DNA from: Nostoc sp. DedSLP01
Lineage (GTDB): Bacteria; Cyanobacteriota; Cyanobacteriia; Cyanobacteriales; Nostocaceae
DNA length: 64,000 nt
Direction of reading: 5' to 3'
Assembly (NCBI GenBank): GCA_034530875.2
Contig: JAVRCJ020000009.1
Coordinates: forward strand, 160,001-224,000
Made by a program: the position numbers and the translations under genes
The notes under the pieces: generated by a model
What the model was told of the DNA's origin: nothing
The model's database searches: none
What the model saw: only the letters and a program-made list of their open reading frames with translations
Part shown: one piece after another, positions 22,632 to 31,746 of the stretch
How positions within the stretch are numbered: position 1 is the stretch's first letter
Layout of the letters: each line of letters begins with the position of its first letter

Positions 22632-24509
22632 TCAAGATGGATGAAAATAATCGTAAATTTCTTGAGCCAAACGCGGGCCGATTCCAGGAACTTCGGCGAT
22701 TTGGGCAGTTGTTGCTTGCCGGATGTAATCAACCGAGCGAAAATGCCCTAGTAGCTGTTTTTGTCGATGATGTCCTAAACCGGGAATTTCATCTAAACGC
22801 GATCGCTTTAATTTATCACTGCGTTGCTGCCGATGGAAACTGACTGCAAACCTATGCGCTTCATCTCGCAGTCGTCGCAACAGCTGTACCCCTGGTTGTT
22901 CTGCATCAGTGGTTAATGGTTGAGATTCTGCTGGTAAGAAAATCTCTTCTCGCTGCTTCGCTAAACTTACAACTCGCAAGTCTTCTAATAAATTCATTTC
23001 TTGCAAGACAGCAACAACTGATGATAATTGACCTTTACCGCCATCAATCATAATTAGATCGGGCCAGTCAGGATTACCCAAGCGTTGTAGCTGTGGGTCT
23101 TCAGCATACTTGCGAAACCGACGCTGGATAACTTCCGCAAGGCTAGCAAAATCATCTGAGTGTCCGGCTGTGACTGTGGGATTTTTGATTTTATAGTGGC
23201 GATAGTGCTGCTTGGCGGGTAACCCGTCGATAAACACGACTTGGGAAGCTACAGCATTTGAGCCTTGAATGTGAGAAATGTCATAGCCTTCGATGCGGTG
23301 AGGTACATCTGGTAAATCCAGAATAGCGGCTAAATCTTGCATTGCTTGGTCGTTGCGATCGCCTAATTTTTGCATTCTTTGCAATTCATACTGGGCATTT
23401 CGCTCTACCATTTCTATTAATTCTGCCTTAGTTTGCCGCAAAGGATTCAAAATCGTCACTTTTCTACCTTTACGTTCGCTCAAGACATCAGTCAGTATTT
23501 CTACATCTGGCAATTCATGCTGGACTAAAATTTCTGTAGGTATTTCCACAGAGTCAGCACTTTGATAATGTTCTTCTAAAGCTCGTTGTAAAATGGCTCC
23601 TGGTTCTGCATGAGCATCTGCTACAAAAGCCAAGCGTCCGACTAATTGGCCAGCGCGAATCTGGAATAGTTGAATGCAGGCGTGTTGGGCGTCAGCTGCC
23701 AGGGCGATCGCATCCCGCGAAACGGTATCATCTGGTAAGGACACTTTTTGGTCAGCTGTTAGCGACTTTAACCCAGAAATTTGATCGCGAATTCGCGCTG
23801 CTGATTCAAAGTTCAAGTCCTCAGCAGCAGCATTCATCTGCTGAGTCAAAATATCAATCAACTCTTGAGTCCGACCTTGGAAGACCATCGCTATTTTTTG
23901 GACTATTTTGCGATATTCTTCTGGTGAAATCATCTTTTGACATACACCAGGACAACGCCCTAAATCGAAATTCAAACAAGGACGGTCTTTAAAAAGCGGT
24001 TGAGGTCGTTGTCGCTGGGGAAAGATGCGCTTACACAAACGTAAAACTTCTCGCAACAAGCCAGCATCGGTATAAGGGCCATAAAATTTATCCTTTTCTT
24101 TGCCCAATTGCCGTTTGCGGGTGATAAAAATCCGTGGATAGTCTTCTGACCAAGTAATGCAGAGATACGGATATTTTTTATCATCCTTGAGCAGCACGTT
24201 AAAGTATGGCTGATGCTGCTTAATTAAGTTGGCTTCCAGCGCTAAGGCTTCCGCTTCCGTGTCAGTGACAATGAATTCAATTTCTGTCACCAATCTTACC
24301 ATTGTCACGATGCGCTCGCTTTTGTTGTAGCCATCGCGGAAATAGGAACGCACGCGCGATCGCAACTTGCGCGATTTACCTATATATATAATGCGATCGC
24401 TTTTGTCTCGCATGAAATAAACCCCCGGTTCCGGTGGAATTTCGGCGAGACGATTTTCCAGTCGTTCTGGATCTTTAACAAGTGGTAGTATTTGAGTTGA
24501 TATTGCCAC
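22632..24509 (-). CDS. uvrC: Excinuclease ABC subunit C
   Basis: GVYF..IIYIGKS GIY-YIG, UVR domain, [25 protein letters not shown]-terminal HhH; GTG 24509 chosen. Confidence 0.97.
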   Translation of the reverse strand: MAISTQILPLVKDPERLENRLAEIPPEPGVYFMRDKSDRIIYIGKSRKLRSRVRSYFRDGYNKSERIVTMVRLVTEIEFIVTDTEAEALALEANLIKQHQPYFNVLLKDDKKYPYLCITWSEDYPRIFITRKRQLGKEKDKFYGPYTDAGLLREVLRLCKRIFPQRQRPQPLFKDRPCLNFDLGRCPGVCQKMISPEEYRKIVQKIAMVFQGRTQELIDILTQQMNAAAEDLNFESAARIRDQISGLKSLTADQKVSLPDDTVSRDAIALAADAQHACIQLFQIRAGQLVGRLAFVADAHAEPGAILQRALEEHYQSADSVEIPTEILVQHELPDVEILTDVLSERKGRKVTILNPLRQTKAELIEMVERNAQYELQRMQKLGDRNDQAMQDLAAILDLPDVPHRIEGYDISHIQGSNAVASQVVFIDGLPAKQHYRHYKIKNPTVTAGHSDDFASLAEVIQRRFRKYAEDPQLQRLGNPDWPDLIMIDGGKGQLSSVVAVLQEMNLLEDLRVVSLAKQREEIFLPAESQPLTTDAEQPGVQLLRRLRDEAHRFAVSFHRQQRSDKLKRSRLDEIPGLGHHRQKQLLGHFRSVDYIRQATTAQIAEVPGIGPRLAQEIYDYFHPS

Positions 24510-25016
24510 AACCAAAATTAGGTAATCTTTCTCTATTTTAAGAAAAATTATCTTTTCTTGCCGATTTAACAAAGTATTATCAAGTAGATATACGCGAGTC
24601 AAGCTTTTAGTTTACATATACGTGTTAGTACAGGTTTCGCCCATCTACAACTTAAACCTAGTTTATGTAGTTGCGAGTTTAACATTTCAGCATTTGTCGC
24701 AATCCAAACTTGATTTTTAGAGTTTGTTTATACTTAAGATTTTTAACTTATATTTTTATTAAAAAAACAGTTTTTGCTAGTTAATTTTGTTATGGAAAAG
24801 TATTCACTTCTCAGTATAAACATAATTACTTTATAACTTTTAGCAAGTAACAGTATCTTCAACTATATGACTACAGCTAAAACTTTATATATTTTTTATG
24901 GAACTTACTCATTTATTGAAGTTTTAATATGAAGCTAATTCACAGATTCATTAGGTTTCATTTATGTTTACTATTGAAAATATAACTATTATAATAATTG
25001 CAAAAAAAAATAAATT

Positions 25017-25196
25017 ATGAATCTGCAAGATTTTGAAGCTCAGTATCGTGAGGTCATGGCTGAAACACTCAACGAACTGCAAACAACAGTTTTATTGCTA
25101 GCAGAAGTGCAAAGTAAAATTTCAAAAATAGGTAATTCTGTGCAAAATCTTAGTCAGCGTGTTGAAGAGTTCATTGCTGAGCAAAAAAGAGAATAG
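25017..25196 (+). CDS. 59-aa coiled-coil small protein (not in the ORF track)
   Basis: Manually translated: MNLQDFEAQYREVMAETLNELQTTVLLLAEVQSKISKIGNSVQNLSQRVEEFIAEQKRE*; heptad pattern, GC higher than its flanks. Confidence 0.7.
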   Translation: MNLQDFEAQYREVMAETLNELQTTVLLLAEVQSKISKIGNSVQNLSQRVEEFIAEQKRE

Positions 25197-25217
25197 ATAT
25201 ATATCCACTAAAAAACT

Positions 25218-25646
25218 TTATTTGTAATGGCAACTAAATTCTGCTTCAATTGTCTGGACTAGATCCTTGAGTTTTAGAGGTTTGACAAAATAATGACGTG
25301 CGCCCAAACTCATAGCTAGTTCTCGATCTGCTTTAAAAGCAAAGGCTGAAACAACAATAATAGGTATTTTTGCTAAATCTGGTTGTTGTTGAACTTGTTT
25401 TAAGAGTGAAAAACCGTCAATATCTGGCAATTTCAAGTCGAGTAACATTAAATCTGGCTGGAATTTCTCAATAGTTGAGAAAAAAGCAGAACCTTCCGAT
25501 AAGCTCTGGACATCGTAACCGCAATAATTTAAGTAGTCGCTTAGCAACATCCTATTTAGATCGTGGTCTTCGATTAATAAAATTCGTCTAGCTTGATTTG
25601 AACGGAATTGGTGATTGATGTTCAGTAATTGTGCTGTCATTGCCAT
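25218..25646 (-). CDS. Single-domain response regulator (CheY/DivK-like receiver)
   Basis: ILLIED, LLDLKLPDIDG, VSAFA, FVKP. Confidence 0.92.
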   Translation of the reverse strand: MAMTAQLLNINHQFRSNQARRILLIEDHDLNRMLLSDYLNYCGYDVQSLSEGSAFFSTIEKFQPDLMLLDLKLPDIDGFSLLKQVQQQPDLAKIPIIVVSAFAFKADRELAMSLGARHYFVKPLKLKDLVQTIEAEFSCHYK

Positions 25647-25954
25647 TTATCATGATTTTAAGTTACAAGCCAATTATTGCCAGATGAATTTTGAAACGAA
25701 TAAAAAGTTGAGCTATTTAATTTAATATATGCAAAAATTGTAATCTAGATTTACCTATACTGGTATAATTAAACCATATTCTGCAAAAATTAAAAATTAA
25801 TAAAAGTTAATATTTTCTTCATAAAGTCTTTATTATTAATCCTATTAAATACTTTTTTCGCAAGTTAAATGCTTTTGCAGAGGAGTTTTGATTTGGATAT
25901 TAGGGAAGGCACTAAAGCAAATATATCCTTTGATAGTTAGAAGAAAATATTCAT

Positions 25955-25978
25955 AAAAAAGGGAGCTAATAGCTCCCT
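25955..25978 (-). terminator. Intrinsic terminator of the PEP-CTERM gene
   Basis: AGGGAGCT-loop-AGCTCCCT hairpin with an A-run on the left (U-tract on the minus strand). Confidence 0.75.
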
Positions 25979-26008
25979 AATCATTATTGTAAACTTGCAG
26001 TGGCAATC

Positions 26009-26956
26009 TTAAATAGATGCTTTTTTTACTTGACGTCGGGTAGTAAAGACACCGGCAACACCCAACAAACCCAGTATTACAGATGGTTCTGGGACTGCTG
26101 TGGGAGGTACGCCTTTGATGCTAACTTCGTAATTACCACTGTGAGATTTGCCATCAGCGCCTATTCCTGTACTGTTAGTTAGTTTAGTTTCGGTAGCAGA
26201 GAAGCTGTAAAGGAAATCAGTCTTGCCATTGTAGGTAACTTTAACAACTTCACTAGCTTGGAATCCATTTTTGAGCAAATTACCTAAAGGCCCTAATAGA
26301 GGAGCATAATAATCTTTTAAATTGTAGTGACCTGCTAACCCAATTTTGATTTCGCCTGTCGTATCGTTCTGGTTAACGTAAGAGATATTGGGGTCGCTAG
26401 AACGTTGGAAACCATTGATCTGGAGAAATTTCGTGAAGACTCCCGCGCGGACAACTGAGCTAGAAGCTGAATTTGATAGACCTAGTGCCAATTTAATTGT
26501 AGATTCATTAGCAGCTAGACCAGCTGCATTATAAAATTGGTCAAACCAAGTAGTTGCAAAGGTCTGTGCGCCATAGGTTTTATTCAATCCTACTCCAAAC
26601 CAATCTGTTTCTGTCAGACTGCTTAAAGTAATACTTTTGCCACCGATTTGTCCGCTTAAGGTGGTGTTTTTGCTGAAATCAAAACCGGATTGCTCGCTGC
26701 TGGCTCGTAACTCTACATTTCCGGTGGGGTTTGCAGCATTACCATCGAGAACTTTCTGGACGTTTGTCGGGGTATTTGGTACAAGTACAGTACTGCTACC
26801 GGAGACATCATAGACTAAATAATCAGTTGCCGCTGTTCCACCGATGGTAGCGCCAGTGAGGGTACCAGCTTGTGCTGGTGCTGTAGCAACACCGACACTA
26901 ATAGCCATTGATGCGCCAATCACAAGTTTCTGAAAAGTCATCTTCATTTTTTTCAA
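26009..26956 (-). CDS. PEP-CTERM sorting-domain exported protein
   Basis: Signal peptide ending APAQA; C-terminal VPEPSVILGLLGVAG followed by RRQVKK. Confidence 0.92.
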   Translation of the reverse strand: MKKMKMTFQKLVIGASMAISVGVATAPAQAGTLTGATIGGTAATDYLVYDVSGSSTVLVPNTPTNVQKVLDGNAANPTGNVELRASSEQSGFDFSKNTTLSGQIGGKSITLSSLTETDWFGVGLNKTYGAQTFATTWFDQFYNAAGLAANESTIKLALGLSNSASSSVVRAGVFTKFLQINGFQRSSDPNISYVNQNDTTGEIKIGLAGHYNLKDYYAPLLGPLGNLLKNGFQASEVVKVTYNGKTDFLYSFSATETKLTNSTGIGADGKSHSGNYEVSIKGVPPTAVPEPSVILGLLGVAGVFTTRRQVKKASI

Positions 26957-27336
26957 GTCTCCGTCAGTTTAGAAGTTAAGGTTTAAACTACTGGTATTTC
27001 TAGGCTTGGACTGTCTTGGCTACAGGCTTTTTGCCAATACTGCTGCTTAAAAAGACATTTGTATTGTTAGCCATTACTGGTAGCTGAACGTACAAACCCA
27101 GTTTATGAAATATGGAGACTTGATTGGGTAAAGTTGCTACTGTTTATAAATAAAATGATGACAAATATTTTGAGAAGTTTCTACGTATTATTACATGTCT
27201 TACTAAATTTTACAAGTAAATAAAATTACATTAACTATTTAAGCTGATTCAGTGTTACATACGTGTTGGTAAGGTAGCATAGTTTTGCTACCCTACTTAA
27301 GACTAAAAATCCTTGGCATTCAGTTTGAGAAGAAGT

Positions 27337-28578
27337 TTAATTCAGGAACTTAGCCATTCTTTGCACAGCAGTTTCTAACAAATGTGGCTCATGAACTAAG
27401 GCAAAACGGACATAACCTTCCCCAGATTTACCAAAACCTGCACCTGGAGAAGCTGCGACACCAGTTTCTTTGACTAGTTGGGTGCAAAATTCTATGGAAT
27501 TTTGGCTCCAAGCAGAAGGCAACTTTGCCCAAATGTACATTGTCGCTTGGGGAGTAGGAACATTCCAGCCAATGCGATGTAAAGCATTAATAAAAGCATC
27601 ACGGCGCTGTTGGAAAGTGGCAACTGCATTTTTTACCCCAATTTGAGGCCCAGTTAAAGCAGCGATCGCTCCATTCAAAATTCCGCGATACTGATTAAAA
27701 TCCACAACGGCTTTGACCTGGCGTAAAGCGCTAATTAACTGGGCATTACCGATGGCGTAGCCAATGCGGAAGCCGCCCATATTGTAGGACTTGGAAAGGG
27801 TAAAAAATTCAATTGAAACGCTTTTTTCTGGATCGGCTTGCAAAATTGAAGGGACTGGGCATGGCGCATTGGACTCTCCCTTATTCGCTAGTCGCCAGTC
27901 GCCAGTCGCCAGTGCCGATTCACCATCCGCTGTAAATACTAAATCTACGTAGGGGAAATCATGAACCAAAGCGAGATTGTGTTGCTGACAGAAGGCTACG
28001 GCTTCTTGAAAGAAAGATAAAGGAGCGATCGCAGCCGTGGGATTGTGAGGATAACTTAATACCATCATCCGCGACTGGTCCAAAACTGGGGCAGGAATAT
28101 CAGCAAACACTGGTAAAAAACCGTTTTCTTCCCTTAGCGGCATTGGATAAATTTGCCCGCTAGCAAGGTAGACTCCTCCAGCATGAGAAGGGTAACCAGG
28201 ATCGAGCAACAGGGCAAAATCTCCAGGGTTGAGCAATGCTAGGGGTAAATGGGCGGTACCTTCTTGGGAACCAATCAGAGGTAGTACCTCAGTTTGAGGA
28301 TCGACTCTGATACCAAATTTTTTTTCGTACCAATTGGCTGCGGCTTGGCGAAAGCCTTGAGTGCCGTTAAATAGTAGATAGCCGTGGGTGGTGCGATCGC
28401 GAACAGATTGGGCGATCGCTTCGATGACATGTGGTTCGGCTGGTAAATCAGAAGACCCCAAGGACAAATCAATTAGCTGTTGTCCAGCAGCCAAGGCAAT
28501 TGCTTTGGCTGTGTCCATATCAGCAAATACATTAGATTGTAGGGGTTGTAAACGTTTTGCAAACTCTATGTTAGTCAT
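27337..28578 (-). CDS. PLP-dependent class I/II aminotransferase (LL-DAP aminotransferase-like paralog)
   Basis: GSQEG, SYPHNPT, HDFPY, TLSKSYNMGGFRIG, GEGYVRFAL; ATG 28578 chosen. Confidence 0.88.
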   Translation of the reverse strand: MTNIEFAKRLQPLQSNVFADMDTAKAIALAAGQQLIDLSLGSSDLPAEPHVIEAIAQSVRDRTTHGYLLFNGTQGFRQAAANWYEKKFGIRVDPQTEVLPLIGSQEGTAHLPLALLNPGDFALLLDPGYPSHAGGVYLASGQIYPMPLREENGFLPVFADIPAPVLDQSRMMVLSYPHNPTAAIAPLSFFQEAVAFCQQHNLALVHDFPYVDLVFTADGESALATGDWRLANKGESNAPCPVPSILQADPEKSVSIEFFTLSKSYNMGGFRIGYAIGNAQLISALRQVKAVVDFNQYRGILNGAIAALTGPQIGVKNAVATFQQRRDAFINALHRIGWNVPTPQATMYIWAKLPSAWSQNSIEFCTQLVKETGVAASPGAGFGKSGEGYVRFALVHEPHLLETAVQRMAKFLN

Positions 28579-28598
28579 TTGTCTTTTGTCCTCTTTTC

Positions 28599-28747
28599 CA
28601 AAGTTCTGATAGACAGAAATTTCCGTACCCTGCGGGATCTTGCTACAGACTTTGCGCTTTGTCATTAGTGATTTATCCTCTGTTACAAAGTTCTGTTCGC
28701 CGATTTCCGGCGCATCCTCTGGGATCTTGCTACAGACTTTGCGCTTT
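28599..28747. repeat. Tandem pair (~87-bp period) of small elements CAAAGTTCTG...GGGATCTTGCTACAGACTTTGCGCTTT
   Basis: 27-nt identical block at 28634-28660 and 28721-28747; each unit is bounded by CAAAGTTCTG / CAGACTTTG inverted ends. Confidence 0.8.
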
Positions 28748-28791
28748 GCCCTTTGTCATTAGTGATTTGTCCTTTGGCTAACGACTAATGA

Positions 28792-28863
28792 ACGCCACTT
28801 GCAAAAGAGCGGGTTCCGCTTTAGCGGTACAACAAGGGGAACCCCCCAAGGGTGCAGTGGCTC
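28792..28863 (+). repeat. Small dispersed element ACGCCACTTGC...GCAGTGGCTC (family D) embedded in a CTAATGA STRR array
   Basis: Ends match the reverse complement of 18953-18997; flanked by CTAATGA heptamers. Confidence 0.65.
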
Positions 28864-28898
28864 CTAATGACTAATGACCAATGACTATTGACTAATGA

Positions 28899-29234
28899 CT
28901 AATTACTATCTAAGTGCTTGGCTAGAAGGTTGAGTAGTTTTTCTTTACCGATAACTCCCTCAGTCGATTCTAGGATCTTTTCTCCTTGAATTAGCCTCAG
29001 GGCGGGTACACCTTCGACTTGGTACTGTTTAACTGTAAGCGGGTTGGGGTCGATTTCCATTTTAACGACTTTGAGACGATCGCTATAAGCACTCGCAGCT
29101 GAGTCGATCGTGGGCGACATCAGCTGACAAGGCCCGCACCAAGAAGCCCAAAAGTAAACTAATACAGGCTGCTCGGCTTTTAACACTTCGGTTTCAAAAT
29201 CGGCATCAGTTATGGTGATTACAGCCTTACTCAT
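28899..29234 (-). CDS. trxB: Thioredoxin (x-type, Anabaena thioredoxin-2-like)
   Basis: WCGPC; the N-terminus MSKAVITITDADFETEVLKAEQPVLVYFWASW closely resembles Anabaena Trx-2 as I recall it. Confidence 0.85.
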   Translation of the reverse strand: MSKAVITITDADFETEVLKAEQPVLVYFWASWCGPCQLMSPTIDSAASAYSDRLKVVKMEIDPNPLTVKQYQVEGVPALRLIQGEKILESTEGVIGKEKLLNLLAKHLDSN

Positions 29235-29362
29235 TGCAGTCTCCATCAGGTGGCGATCGAAGTTGGCACACACAATACTCTATCCCAAACTGAGTCCTGA
29301 GTCACAGAACTTCTGAGCTAGACAAGCCTGAAGCTCGCAAGTTATTGCTATGTGCTTAGAAA

Positions 29363-29494
29363 ATATGCGAATCCGGTTTGATTTGGAGAATTTATTTGTG
29401 GAGACAGGGAGTAGGGAATGGGGAGTGGGGAGTAGGACAGAAGCCTTGTCTGAATGTACTGATTTTTTTCACGCAATCAAATCTGAGTCCTATA
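29363..29494 (+). mobile_element. MITE-like element family C, copy 1
   Basis: Imperfect TIRs ATCCGGTTTGATT / AATCAAATCTGAGTCCTATA; colinear with 35766-35912. Confidence 0.7.
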
Positions 29495-29711
29495 GTACAG
29501 ATCGTTTTAGAGCGATCGACCTCATTCAAATGAGAATTGTTATAGATTCAAGCTAAAGTGAATGTAAATATTACAGGCTGGTACAACTTAAAACAATCAA
29601 CTAATAGCGTCTGGATATTACTTTGTTTAATTATTAGGAGCAAAAGCGCAATTTTCTTACCAAGAGTTTGCGCCAATGCGTACAGAATATTTACAATGTT
29701 CCCTAAAATTT

Positions 29712-30923
29712 ATGGATAATTTCCCAGTGGTCGCTCAAGCGGATGCATTCTCACCAAATTCTCCCCAGGATAATACACGTCTGATGCGGCCTCATAACGA
29801 TTCGGATTCATCACCGAAGGAAAAAGTCGGAACTGACTTTGACTCTCGGATGATGCAGCGGTGTTTGGAACTTGCTCGCCGCGCCTTAGGGCGTACTTCG
29901 CCAAACCCGCTAGTGGGAGCAGTGATTGTTAAGGATGGAGAAATTGTTGGGGAAGGGTTTCATCCTCGTGCGGGTGAGCCTCATGCAGAAGTGTTTGCCT
30001 TGAAAGCAGCAGGAGCGAAGGCTCAAGGCGCAACCATCTATGTCAGCCTCGAACCTTGCAATCATTACGGCCGCACTCCTCCTTGTTCGGAAGCTTTGGT
30101 CAAAGCAGGGGTAGCAAAGGTGGTAGTGGGTATGGTCGATCCCAATCCACTCGTAGCTGGGGGTGGTATTGCGCGTTTACGTGCGGCGGGAATCGAAGTG
30201 GTGGTAGGAGTAGAAGAGGAAGCTTGTCGCCAACTCAATGAAGGTTTCGTTCATCGCATTCTCTACAAACGACCTTTAGGGATTTTAAAATATGCCATGA
30301 CTTTGGATGGCAAAATTGCTACCACTTCTGGTCACAGTGCTTGGGTAACAAGCCAAAGTTCCCGCACTGAGGTACATCAGTTGCGGGCGGCTTGTGATGC
30401 TGTAATTGTTGGTGGTAATACAGTAAGACTGGACAATCCTTATTTAACCAGCCATCAAGTGGGGGCACATAATCCCCTACGGGTGGTAATGAGCCGCCGT
30501 CTTGACTTACCGGGAAATGCCCACCTGTGGCAAACTGCGGATGCTCCAACTTTAGTGTTGACAGAGGAAGGTGCTAACCCCGATTTTCAAGAAATGTTGC
30601 AGAAACTTGGGGTGGAGGTAGTAGAATTAACTTCTCTGACACCTGATAAAGCAATGGGGTACTTATACGAGCGAGGTTTTTGTAGCGTGTTGTGGGAGTG
30701 TGGTAGTACCTTAGCTGCTACTGCGATCGCTCAAGGAGCAGTGCAAAAAGTCTTAGCATTTATTGCCCCAAAAATTATTGGTGGTAGTCTTGCTCCTACA
30801 CCTGTAGGCGATTTAGGCTTTACTACTATGACTCAGGCACTGTCTTTAGAACGCGTTCGTTGGCGTGTAATCGGCTCCGACTGTTTAGTAGAAGGTTATC
30901 TTCCTCAAACAAGTCAATCATGA
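29712..30923 (+). CDS. ribD: Riboflavin biosynthesis deaminase/reductase
   Basis: PNPLVGAVIV, HAE, LEPCNHYGRTPPC, KYAMTLDGKIA; start could be 29676 or 29712. Confidence 0.96.
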   Translation: MDNFPVVAQADAFSPNSPQDNTRLMRPHNDSDSSPKEKVGTDFDSRMMQRCLELARRALGRTSPNPLVGAVIVKDGEIVGEGFHPRAGEPHAEVFALKAAGAKAQGATIYVSLEPCNHYGRTPPCSEALVKAGVAKVVVGMVDPNPLVAGGGIARLRAAGIEVVVGVEEEACRQLNEGFVHRILYKRPLGILKYAMTLDGKIATTSGHSAWVTSQSSRTEVHQLRAACDAVIVGGNTVRLDNPYLTSHQVGAHNPLRVVMSRRLDLPGNAHLWQTADAPTLVLTEEGANPDFQEMLQKLGVEVVELTSLTPDKAMGYLYERGFCSVLWECGSTLAATAIAQGAVQKVLAFIAPKIIGGSLAPTPVGDLGFTTMTQALSLERVRWRVIGSDCLVEGYLPQTSQS

Positions 30924-30976
30924 TCGGGAATCTCAATTCTGAATATTGAATTCTGAATTTAGTGAATTTGCTTCAA

Positions 30977-31192
30977 TCAACACTGACGTTCATGAGCGAT
31001 ATCGCGTATGAGTGCTAGCCGGGATTGAATGTAGTGGCTGAGAAAATCAGTTTCGTTAGAATTTAACAAAATTTGCGTTTCGGTTTGTTTCACCAACCAC
31101 TGCACCAAGCTAGCATCATCGAGTTGCAAGAGGATCTTAGCTTGGGCGGTTTCAACCACAGACCAAAGCTGACGCATAATTGTAGGAGTCAT
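30977..31192 (-). CDS. Small conserved cyanobacterial hypothetical protein (71 aa)
   Basis: GAGG upstream; helical protein MTPTIMRQLWSVVE...YIQSRLALIRDIA. Confidence 0.7.
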   Translation of the reverse strand: MTPTIMRQLWSVVETAQAKILLQLDDASLVQWLVKQTETQILLNSNETDFLSHYIQSRLALIRDIAHERQC

Positions 31193-31746
31193 CAGACCTC
31201 AATAGAACCATTAGCTTAGCTGTTTTCAGATTACACAATTTTGATCGCAATTTACGACATGAATGTACAACCTGAGACAAGTATTATTAAAAAGTTAATA
31301 ATCGTATTTATAACTTTATGAAGATTCAGAATTGAAATGTCTGTTTTGAAAATTTGCCATCTTCCATAAAGCCTAAGGGCACAGCCAAGACTCAATTTGA
31401 TGAATTTTAGTTCCAAAATTTCAAACAGAGTTTACTAATCTTAAAAACCAGATTTTTATGGTTATAAATACTGAAATTGACTCAATTTTAACTGAAAAAG
31501 CCAATTTATGGAAGGTATATGTCGAATAATTTATTTGTGTTGTGAGATACAAAAATTTTAAAAATTCAGAATCAAAACTAGAAAGTTGATGAATTACTAA
31601 GACTTTCATCCCTCAGCCTGAATAATCAAGCAGAAATTCAAGCAGCCAGATCGCGCATAGTTTTTCAAATATTCTCGATTTTGCTTGCTGGCTAAAATGA
31701 CTTCTACCAAAAAGCTAGATTTTTGAAATCAATCTCTACCAAAAAA

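Noticed and set aside
27216..27229. GTA-AATAAAAT-TAC NtcA-like site upstream of the PEP-CTERM gene
   Set aside because: Very AT-rich context, and the N22 hexamer is TAATAA rather than TAN3T; could be chance.
28599..28747. Two identical 27-nt blocks read as a mini CRISPR array
   Set aside because: Only two units; the 60-nt intervening sequence is itself partly repeated and STRR-derived.
29350..29556. 68-aa ORF, and likewise 54734-54919 and 45015-45203
   Set aside because: They run through MITE or STRR sequence and carry no recognisable protein signal.
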